Shown: in pieces, positions 17,953 to 26,016 of the stretch
Layout of the letters: each line of letters starts with the position of its first letter
Position numbering within the stretch: the first letter of the stretch is position 1
Origin: an uncultured Acidobacteriota bacterium
Lineage (GTDB): Bacteria; Acidobacteriota; Thermoanaerobaculia; Multivoradales; UBA5704
DNA length: 64,000 bases
Direction: 5' to 3'
Assembly (NCBI GenBank): GCA_963770895.1
Contig: CAVYRF010000002.1
Coordinates: 3,168,001 to 3,232,000, forward strand
Program-made: the position numbers and the translations under genes
Notes under the pieces: generated by a model
What the model saw: the letters and a program-made list of their open reading frames with translations, nothing else
Databases searched by the model: none
Told to the model about the DNA's origin: nothing

Positions 17953-18114
17953 CTAGGTGCAGGTAATACAGGTCTGCACGATGGTGACGCAGGGCGGGGA
18001 AAGGGTGGGGCAGGGGTGGGAAGCAGCGGCCACCATACCCGCGAGGTGATCGCCGACCAGTTGGTGGACGGTTTCGCGGCTCAGCGTCAGCTTCCTGGTG
18101 TGTGGTTTTCTCAC
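17953..18114 (-). CDS. Putative lanthipeptide/RiPP precursor peptide (53 aa; not in the ORF track)
   Basis: MRKPHTRKLTLSRETVHQLVGDHLAGMVAAASHPCPTLSPPCVTIVQTCITCT*; GGGGAAG upstream of the GTG start; alternative in-frame ATG at 18129. Confidence 0.8.
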   Translation of the reverse strand: MRKPHTRKLTLSRETVHQLVGDHLAGMVAAASHPCPTLSPPCVTIVQTCITCT

Positions 18115-18542
18115 GGTTGGCTTCCCCATCGGCAGGCGAGATCCGTCGCGGTTCCCGGGGCGAGCGCCGTCACGCGCGACGCGGCGTCCTGGGAGAGCAG
18201 AGGGGTTCCGCGGGCCGGTAGATGCAAAAAATCTATTCGAAAGGGATGAGCGCCCGCAACCTGGAGGCGATCTGCGCTCCCGCGTTCCCGCCTACCGGTG
18301 GTGTCCTATCAGTGTGTTGGAGCTCGGGTTGGCCTAGACCTGCTGCAGGTTTCTCCCCGCAAGGGGAGGAACCGTTCCGAAACCGCCCTGCTCTACGTCG
18401 ATGAACCGGAAGGCAAGGAGACTCTGCGTCGCCTGGGCCGGCTCATCCTCAACCTGGCCGTCGAGACGACCCGCTTGCCCTGCGAGGAGTCGACGACCCG
18501 GGGCCGGGCGCTCCCGGAGGCCTGCGGTAGGATGCCGCCGCC

Positions 18543-19805
18543 ATGGGCTCGCGCATCGTATTGACCACCTTCGGCTCGCTCGGCGATCTCCATCCGTTCC
18601 TCGCCATCGGCATCGCGCTCAAGGCGCGCGGGCACGGCGTCGTGCTCGCCACCAGCGAGGGCTACCGCGACAAGGTGACGGCGGCAGGTCTCGAGTTCTA
18701 TCCGGTGCGGCCGCACGTCTCGCTGGAGGACCGCGACCTGGTGGCCTATGTAATGGACCTCAAGAAGGGCCCGGAGAGGGTGCTGCGCGAGATCATCCTG
18801 CCGGTGCTCCACGACAGCTACGTCGACCTGCTGGCGGCGATGGCGGGGGGCGCGGATCTCCTGGTCACCCATCCGCTGAGCTTCGCCGGCCCGCCGATCG
18901 CCGAGACGCGCGTCCTGCGCTGGGCCTCGGTGGCGCTGGCGCCGATGGGCTTCTTCTCGGCCTTCGATCCGCCGCTCCTGCCTCCCTTTCCGGCGCTGGC
19001 GCGGCTGCGCGCCCTGGGGCCGTGGATCAACGGCCGGGTGATGGGGTTCGGGCGCCGCATGGTGCTGCCGTGGACCGAGCCGGTGCGCCGCCTGCGCGCC
19101 GAGCTGGGCCTGCCGCCGGGCGCCAATCCGATCTTCGAGGGCCAGCACTCGCCGTATCTCGTGCTGGCGCTGTTCTCGGCGGTGCTGGGCGCGCCGCAGC
19201 CCGACTGGCCGCCGCAGACCGGGGTGACGGGCTTCGTGTTCTACGACCACCACGACGGGGCGGTCGACCTGCCGGCCGACCTGGAGCGCTTCCTCGCCGG
19301 CGGCGAGCCGCCGCTCGTTTTCACCCTCGGCTCGGCCGCCGTGCTCAGCCCCGGCCCCTTCTTCGCCGAGAGCGCCGCCGCCGCGCGGAGCCTCGGGCGC
19401 CGGGCCGTGCTGGTCGGCGTCGAGCCGCACGAGTGTCCCGCCGGGCTTCCCGACTCGATCTTCACCATCCGCTACGCCCCCTTCTACCGCCTCTTCCCGC
19501 GCGCCGCGGCCATCATCCATCAGGGAGGCATCGGCACCACCGGCCAGGCCCTCGCCGCCGGCCGGCCCATGCTGGTCGTGCCGTGGAGCCACGACCAGCC
19601 CGACAACGCCGCCCGCCTGGTGCGCCTGGGCGTCGCCCGCACCCTCGGCCGCGCGCGCTACACCGCCCCGCGCGCCGCGGCCGCCCTGCGTTCGCTGCTG
19701 AGCGACGCGCCAGCCACCGACCGCGCCGCCCGGCTCGGCGCCAAGGTGCGCGGCGAAAACGGCGTCGAGGTCGCCTGCGCCGCGCTCGAACGCCTACTGG
19801 CCTGA
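18543..19805 (+). CDS. Family 1 glycosyltransferase (MGT/sterol/rhamnosyltransferase-like)
   Basis: GSLGDLHP, FTLGS, IIHQGGIGTT, PWSHDQPDNA. Confidence 0.92.
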   Translation: MGSRIVLTTFGSLGDLHPFLAIGIALKARGHGVVLATSEGYRDKVTAAGLEFYPVRPHVSLEDRDLVAYVMDLKKGPERVLREIILPVLHDSYVDLLAAMAGGADLLVTHPLSFAGPPIAETRVLRWASVALAPMGFFSAFDPPLLPPFPALARLRALGPWINGRVMGFGRRMVLPWTEPVRRLRAELGLPPGANPIFEGQHSPYLVLALFSAVLGAPQPDWPPQTGVTGFVFYDHHDGAVDLPADLERFLAGGEPPLVFTLGSAAVLSPGPFFAESAAAARSLGRRAVLVGVEPHECPAGLPDSIFTIRYAPFYRLFPRAAAIIHQGGIGTTGQALAAGRPMLVVPWSHDQPDNAARLVRLGVARTLGRARYTAPRAAAALRSLLSDAPATDRAARLGAKVRGENGVEVACAALERLLA

Positions 19806-19819
19806 CCCGCCGGCGCCGA

Positions 19820-22102
19820 TCACCTCGAAGGCGGCTCGCCTTCGCCGAGCATCCTCTGCAGCGCCGCGGCGGCTCCCGGCACGTCCAGACGGGCGGCGGC
19901 ATAGTCGGCGGCCAGCAGGTCGTCGGAGAGGTAGGGGTGGAACTTCTCGCGGCTGCGATTGGCGACCGAGCGCGCGAGGTCGAGCGCCGGTGGCGGCTCG
20001 CCGGCTGCCATACGGCCGAAGAGAGGGCGCAGGCGCTCCGGCGCCATCCTGGCGATGCCGAGCGCGGCGCCGAAGGCGGTCGCCTCGCAGCCGGCGAGAC
20101 GGAGCCAGAGCCGCAGCGTTTCCAGGATGCGGTCGCCGCACCACGGAAAGACGAGCGTGGTGTCGCCGTCCGCGAGCCACCAGGCCTTGGCCAGGCCATA
20201 GCGGATGAAGCTGGCGCGCCCTTCCGCCAGCAGCTCGCGCGCCCGCGGATCCAGGTAAACCGGCACCTCAGTCCCCGCCAGCACCTCGAACATCTTGCGG
20301 CGCACGCGATCGTGGACAGGCGGGAAATCGGCCGGCGCGAAGACCGGTGGGCGGCCGCCGCCGGCCGCCTGCACGTCGATCGTCTTTTGCCCCGCATCGA
20401 TGCCGACGATGCGCCAGCGGCGGCCGCCGAAAATGAGGAAGGAGCCGATCAGCAGGGAGATCTCGACCGGCATGTTCCCCAATACCCGGTCGCCGGCCAC
20501 GATGCGGTACTCCTCGGGCGACGAGAAGGCGGCGTAGAAGCCATAGTGGTTGACGACGCTCTCACCCGCGCCTCCCAGGACCAGCTCGCCGTCGTGATCC
20601 TGCTGAAGGAGGGAATGGCTCGCGAGGCTTCGCAGCACGGTGCCAAACTGCGAGCGGCTGACGCTCCCGAACGGACCCTGGCCGCAGAGGTCGTCCCAGG
20701 CTGGCGCGGCCCGTACGCCGCCGTGCTGGGCGATGAGGGAGAGGGTCTGCTGCACCAGGGTCGACAGGTGCAGCGCCCCCGGCCACGGCGGCTCGCACCA
20801 GCCGGCGAGCAGCAGATCCAGGGTGGCGATGGTCTGCACCAGCTCGGTCCGCAGGGCGTCACCGGGTGCGCTGTCGGCCTGCACCTCGCTCTCGGTGATG
20901 TAGACCCGCAGGATCGACGGGCCGCCGGTACGGCCGGAGCGGCCCAGCCGCTGACGCGTGCTGGCGACCGACGGCGGCGCGCCGAGCTGGGCGATGCTCT
21001 CGATCGCCCCGACGTCGATGCCCAGCTCCAGGGTTGTCGTGCAGATGGCCGTGGCGGGCCGCGAGCGGTCCTTGATCGCCGCCTCGGTCTCCTCGCGCAG
21101 GGCTTTCGAGAGGTTTCCGTGATGCGGCCAGAACTCGTTCGGCACCGCGAGGTCCTGACACCTCCGGCGCAGGCGGTCGGCGCAGAGCTCCACCCGCCGC
21201 CGCGAGTTGGCGAACACGAGGTGATGGCCGCCGCGAAGGGTCGCGAAGAGATGCGTCGCGATCTGCAGCTCGTCGGCAGACTCTGCATCCGGCTCCGCGC
21301 CGGCCTTCGCACTGCCATCGGTCGCGGTTTCAGCCGTGGCGGCGCCGACCCATCGCTCGCCGGCGCGCGCCGTTCCGGCACCGGCGCCCAGGCGGTAGCC
21401 GCGCACCTGCAGGCGCACCTCCTGGCCGCTCTCGTTGGAAACCACGATTCGCACGCCGCCGCCGCGGCGGGGGCGCAGAAAGTCGGCGGCGAGGCCCATG
21501 TCGCCCAGGGTCGCGCTCAGGCCCACCCGGGCGACGCGGCGAGCCAGGGCCGCCTCCAGCCGGTGGAGCTGCGATTGCAGCTGTCGCCCGCGCTCGGAGC
21601 CGATGAAGGCGTGCAGCTCGTCGATCACGCAGTAGGAGAGGCCGGCGAAGAGGGTTGCGATCCGCGAGCCGTGCAGCACGAAAAGAGCTTCCAGGGATTC
21701 CGGCGTGATCACCAGCACGCCTTCGGGATGCCGCAGCAGCCTCCGCTTGAAGCCGGCAGCCACGTCGCCGTGCCAGCGGTAGAGTGGCAGATCCAGCTCC
21801 TCGCAAAGGCCTTCTAGGCGGCGGAATTGATCGTTGATCAGCGCCTTGAGCGGCGACACGCAGAGGGCGCGAATCCCCTCTCCCGATCGTCCGGCCAGTG
21901 CGCTCAGGATGGGCAGGAAGGCGGCTTCCGTCTTCCCCCGCGCGGTACCCGCGGCGACGATGACGTCCGCGTCGCCACGCAGGATGAGCGGGATTGCCGC
22001 CTCCTGGATGTCGCGCAGCTCGTCCCAGCCCTGGTGCCAGATCCAGCGCTGGATCCTCGGATCGAGCTCGCGAAATGCGAGCGATTCGCCGGCGCCTGCC
22101 AT
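19820..22102 (-). CDS. Lhr-like SF2 DEAD/DEAH helicase
   Basis: Q motif LRDIQ, AGTARGKT, SPLKALINDQ, TPESL, DELH, SAT, HHGNL, TTLELGID, QRLGRSGR. Confidence 0.92.
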   Translation of the reverse strand: MAGAGESLAFRELDPRIQRWIWHQGWDELRDIQEAAIPLILRGDADVIVAAGTARGKTEAAFLPILSALAGRSGEGIRALCVSPLKALINDQFRRLEGLCEELDLPLYRWHGDVAAGFKRRLLRHPEGVLVITPESLEALFVLHGSRIATLFAGLSYCVIDELHAFIGSERGRQLQSQLHRLEAALARRVARVGLSATLGDMGLAADFLRPRRGGGVRIVVSNESGQEVRLQVRGYRLGAGAGTARAGERWVGAATAETATDGSAKAGAEPDAESADELQIATHLFATLRGGHHLVFANSRRRVELCADRLRRRCQDLAVPNEFWPHHGNLSKALREETEAAIKDRSRPATAICTTTLELGIDVGAIESIAQLGAPPSVASTRQRLGRSGRTGGPSILRVYITESEVQADSAPGDALRTELVQTIATLDLLLAGWCEPPWPGALHLSTLVQQTLSLIAQHGGVRAAPAWDDLCGQGPFGSVSRSQFGTVLRSLASHSLLQQDHDGELVLGGAGESVVNHYGFYAAFSSPEEYRIVAGDRVLGNMPVEISLLIGSFLIFGGRRWRIVGIDAGQKTIDVQAAGGGRPPVFAPADFPPVHDRVRRKMFEVLAGTEVPVYLDPRARELLAEGRASFIRYGLAKAWWLADGDTTLVFPWCGDRILETLRLWLRLAGCEATAFGAALGIARMAPERLRPLFGRMAAGEPPPALDLARSVANRSREKFHPYLSDDLLAADYAAARLDVPGAAAALQRMLGEGEPPSR

Positions 22103-22121
22103 GCCGTACCGTGCCGCGTCG

Positions 22122-23513
22122 CTAGAGCTTGAACGCGGCGAGCTCGTCGTCGGCGTCAACGGTGGAGCCAGGGGTCGGGCTGGGGCCGGAGGTCGCCGGG
22201 TGGGGGTCGAACCCGGATTCGGGGTCGCCGGGGCTGCCGGCGGGAAGGGCCGCGGGATCGGCTTCGCCGGAGACGGTCACCTCGCCGAGCAGGCTTCGCC
22301 AGGAAGCCTCCGGGTTCTGGTCGAGGACGGCGAGCAGGTCGAGGAAGGCGCGGATGGTGTTGCGCGGCGTCCGGAAGTAGGCTTCGCCCACCTTGCGATA
22401 GCAATGTTCGAGGAAGGCGAGAATGGCTTCGTCGGGCAACAGCAGTGGGGCGGCGGCGCGGTCGGACGCATGGACCTCGCGCAGCCGCACCAGCAGCACG
22501 TAGAGCTCCTCCTGCGTCAGGTTGGGCAGATGGATCACCGGCCCGCTGTAGTCTCTCAAGCCCTCGCCGGCGAAGCGGTTGGCGCCCAGGCGGGAGCGCA
22601 GCGCCTCGTAGCTGTAGAGGCCGCGGCGCTCATCCATCAGGAGCTCGGGCGTGCCGCCCAGCAGGAAGCCGAGCCCGACGCTCGCTCCCTGCAGGGAGTC
22701 GTTGAGCATGCGCAGGATCTGCTCGTAATTGCTCGACCGGGCGCGCGTGTTGGCGAGCTTGTAGAGGTTGACCAGCTCGTCGAGGCAGACGAGCAGACCT
22801 CCGTAGCCGGCCAGCCGCACGAAGCGGGCGAAGACCTTGATCTGATCGTAGAAGTTGTCGTCGTCGACGATGGTGCGCACGCCCAGCGCCTTCCTGGCGT
22901 CGGTCCGGGTGGTGAACTCCCCCCGCAGCCAGCGGACGGCATCGCCCTTCAGGCGATCGTCGCTGGTGTCGTGACCGCGCCAGTAGGCGGCGACGACCGC
23001 CGCGAAGTCGTAGCCGCCCACCAGCTCCGACAGGCTGCCCAGGCGCTCCGTCAGGACGGCGTCGACCGCCAGGCCGCGGGTCTTGGCGTCCTCGAGCGCG
23101 GAGGTGACGAAGCGCTCGACCACGTTCGCCACCGCTCCTCCCTCGGGGCGGCTGCGCGTGGCGAGGTTCGCCATCAGCTCGGCGTACAGCGACCGCGCCT
23201 CGCCCGAGGTGCCGTGAAGCCGGCGGTCGGGGTTGAGGTCGGCATGAGCGCAGACCAGACCGCGCTCCATGGCGATAGCCCGCACCAGGAAAAGGAAGAA
23301 CGTCTTGCCCGAGCCGAACTCGCCGATCACGAAGCGGAAGGCCGAGCCGCCGTCGCGGATCGCCTCGACGTCCCGCAGCAGGGCCTCGATCTCCAGCTTG
23401 CGCCCCACCTGGATGTAACGCTGGCCCCGCCGCGGCACCACGCCGGCCCGCAGCGACTGCAGGATCGCCTCGCGATCGCGCGGGCGGATGGTCTCGGTCT
23501 TCGGCTCATCCAT
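22122..23513 (-). CDS. DUF2791 (BrxD-like) P-loop ATPase
   Basis: SLRAGVVPR, GEFGSGKT, LVCLDE, YEALRSRL, TPRNTIR. Confidence 0.9.
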   Translation of the reverse strand: MDEPKTETIRPRDREAILQSLRAGVVPRRGQRYIQVGRKLEIEALLRDVEAIRDGGSAFRFVIGEFGSGKTFFLFLVRAIAMERGLVCAHADLNPDRRLHGTSGEARSLYAELMANLATRSRPEGGAVANVVERFVTSALEDAKTRGLAVDAVLTERLGSLSELVGGYDFAAVVAAYWRGHDTSDDRLKGDAVRWLRGEFTTRTDARKALGVRTIVDDDNFYDQIKVFARFVRLAGYGGLLVCLDELVNLYKLANTRARSSNYEQILRMLNDSLQGASVGLGFLLGGTPELLMDERRGLYSYEALRSRLGANRFAGEGLRDYSGPVIHLPNLTQEELYVLLVRLREVHASDRAAAPLLLPDEAILAFLEHCYRKVGEAYFRTPRNTIRAFLDLLAVLDQNPEASWRSLLGEVTVSGEADPAALPAGSPGDPESGFDPHPATSGPSPTPGSTVDADDELAAFKL

Positions 23514-26016
23514 GCAGCATCCCCTCCAGCAGATCGGTTCTCACCTCGACCACCTCGTCGCCTTCGAGCACGGCCTCGCCGAAGGCTGTGAAAGCCGCCT
23601 CGTTGATGGTTTCGAGCGCTCCTTGCGGCAACAGGCCGAGCGCCTGGGTGAGCTGGGCGACCTTTTCGCGGCGCCACTCCGGACACGACGTGAGATAGCG
23701 TAGCAGGGCCGAATGGGCGGCATCCAAGCCGAGGATCGCGTAGCCGTCCGGGGCGGCGCGGCCAGCTGCGGGCGCGGCCGGAGTGATGGATGGAGCGGAC
23801 GCGGCGGCGGAGCTGGCGGAATCCACGGTGTCGGCGGAATCGAAGATCGAGGCCAGCACGCCGTGGAGCGCTGCCGTTTCCGCGATCGTGGTGCGAATCC
23901 GTGCCGCGTCGAGCACCGGACCCGGCGCAGTCGCAGGCGCCACCGGCGCCGCGGCCGCCGGCGGCGGCAGGGCAAAGCCAGCCGAGCTGCCGGCCGGCGC
24001 CACGATGATCGGCGCATCGGCCGATGAGGCGGCGACCGAGGAGCCGGCGGCAAGGGCGTCGGCGGCTGGGGCCGCGGGCGCGCCGAGGGCGCCGGCAGCA
24101 GCAGGCGCCGCCCCCGCGCTGAGGCGCGCGTGGACGTCGGAATAGACCTGCGCCGCCGGCAGGCCGAGAAGGCCGTAGATCTTCGCCAGGTGCGGCAGAT
24201 GCTCCGGCAGCGGCTGCCCTTCCGCCGTGACCAGCTCGACCAAGGCGCGCGGCAGCCACCCGCGCTGGGCGCTATCGAGCGGCGCCAGCCGCTTCCTAAC
24301 CTCTACAGGGCCCGGAGGATTGGCAATCAGCCAGAGGCGCCGCGCCTCCAGGCGGGCGAGCCATGCCGGGGAGCAGCCCAGACTGCCCGCGAAGGACGCC
24401 GCAAGCTGGTGCTCGCGGTGCGCGAGAAGCGGCGCCGCGCCGTCGCGTACCGTGGCCGCCAGATGAAGGAGCGCATCGGCCGCCCCGCTGCCAGCGGTCG
24501 CGGCGGCTGTGACAACGCCGGCGGTCGCGGCGGCGGTAGCGCCATCGCCGCCGGCGCGGCCACCACCCCCGGCGCTATCAGCGCCAGGCTGGAAGAAAGC
24601 CAGCCGGTGGACGCGGGACGGCGCGAAGCCGGCCATCCGAGCGTCGGGCTCGACGCCATAGCCGCGCGCCTCGAGAAACGCCGCCAGGGCTTCGGCATCG
24701 CCGCGGGCGAAGCGTCCGGCGCTCTTCGCCGGCCAGCGGGCGGCCACATCCCGCAGCTCGACGACGCCGCGATCGGGGCCGGCGATCTGCTCGGCGATCC
24801 AGGCGAGCAGCGACTTTCCCGCGGCGCTGTCGTGCGCCGCGGTCAGCTCGTGCGGCAGGAGAGCCACGGCCGCCGGGCTGTCGCCTTCGCCCGTCCGGCC
24901 GATCCACCGGCTGTAGGGCGCCAGCTCGTCGAGAACGCGGTTGCCGAGGTCCCGCAAGAGCGGTGGCGGCGCCGTGACGTCGACGTCCGGCATGTCGGGC
25001 AGAGCGAGCGGAAGAGGGCCGTCGAAGGTCGGGCTCGCGGCCACGTACTGCGTGGTGAGCCGGGCGCCGCCCGCCTCCAGCTGGAGCCCCGCCGCGAACG
25101 CCTCGTGGTAGCGCAGCAAGAAGAGGCGCCGGAAGTCCTCGGAGCAGCGCTCCGCCGCTCGGCGATGGCTGACCTCGGGCAGCGCGAGCATCCAGGCGAG
25201 CGCCCACTCGCCGGGCAGCGGCGCGCCGCGCCCGGCGCAAGCGCCGAGGCCGATTTTTAGGTCCAGCCAGCTGTTCGCCGACGTGGCGTCGAGCGGCGGC
25301 GCCAGGGTCGCTGGATTCACCCCTTCGAAGAGGATATTCACGGCGCGCAGGAAGCGGCTGGCATAGCCGTGAAATGACCGATTGGCGCCATACAGGGCGA
25401 GCAGCCGGCGCACCTCCGCAACCAGCAGCGGCACCTCCCGCGTTGCTGCCGGGTACCGCCGCGCGTCGATCAGCAGCCGGCGCTCGATGCCGTAGAAGTA
25501 CAGGAAGACGTAGCCGATATGGGCCAAGGGATCGGCGCGCCCGCCGGCGAGCCAGGCGAGATAGGCCGCCCGGCAGGCGGGCGGCATCGTCGAGTAGGAC
25601 GGCCAGTACGACATCTGCGCGCCCTGGTGGTCGGGGTGGCTCCGCGCCACCGGCAACCGCGGGTCGATGAGCGCCGGCTCGACGGGGGCGCGCCACCGGC
25701 TGAGTCCGGCGAGTCCCGACCCGACGTACAGCATGCCGGTGCCCAGGTCGAAGCCGCCCACCCTTCCGGACCACTCGCGCGGCTGCCACCAGCCATCCCG
25801 CACGGCGGCCGCGGAGACCGGCGCGGCGGACGCGACGGAGGCGACCGAGGCGACCCGGACCGCAACGGCCGACTGCGGCACCGGATCCGGATCCGCCGCC
25901 GGCGGGATGGGGCCGATCGCCAGCGAGATCGGGCCAGCCTGGCGCGCGGCGAGGTCGGCGCGCAGCCGCGCGATCGCCTGCTCGGCCCAGCGCAGCACTT
26001 CCGCGCCGAAACTCAC
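23506..26016 (-). CDS. TerB-N / TerB-like / TerB-C domain protein
   Basis: TerB-N: GMLYVG, EPALID, SYWPSY, YLAWLAGGR, IGYVFLYFYGIERR. TerB-C: GLDAAH, GALETINEAAF. GTGA overlap with the upstream stop. Confidence 0.88.
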   Translation of the reverse strand: MSFGAEVLRWAEQAIARLRADLAARQAGPISLAIGPIPPAADPDPVPQSAVAVRVASVASVASAAPVSAAAVRDGWWQPREWSGRVGGFDLGTGMLYVGSGLAGLSRWRAPVEPALIDPRLPVARSHPDHQGAQMSYWPSYSTMPPACRAAYLAWLAGGRADPLAHIGYVFLYFYGIERRLLIDARRYPAATREVPLLVAEVRRLLALYGANRSFHGYASRFLRAVNILFEGVNPATLAPPLDATSANSWLDLKIGLGACAGRGAPLPGEWALAWMLALPEVSHRRAAERCSEDFRRLFLLRYHEAFAAGLQLEAGGARLTTQYVAASPTFDGPLPLALPDMPDVDVTAPPPLLRDLGNRVLDELAPYSRWIGRTGEGDSPAAVALLPHELTAAHDSAAGKSLLAWIAEQIAGPDRGVVELRDVAARWPAKSAGRFARGDAEALAAFLEARGYGVEPDARMAGFAPSRVHRLAFFQPGADSAGGGGRAGGDGATAAATAGVVTAAATAGSGAADALLHLAATVRDGAAPLLAHREHQLAASFAGSLGCSPAWLARLEARRLWLIANPPGPVEVRKRLAPLDSAQRGWLPRALVELVTAEGQPLPEHLPHLAKIYGLLGLPAAQVYSDVHARLSAGAAPAAAGALGAPAAPAADALAAGSSVAASSADAPIIVAPAGSSAGFALPPPAAAAPVAPATAPGPVLDAARIRTTIAETAALHGVLASIFDSADTVDSASSAAASAPSITPAAPAAGRAAPDGYAILGLDAAHSALLRYLTSCPEWRREKVAQLTQALGLLPQGALETINEAAFTAFGEAVLEGDEVVEVRTDLLEGMLHG

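Noticed and set aside
18401-21817. 1138-aa plus-strand ORF, and other long shadow ORFs such as 47552-51145 (-) and 35624-38212 (+)
   Set aside because: Arg/Ala/Gly-rich with no motifs, and overlapping well-supported genes; expected artefacts of high GC content
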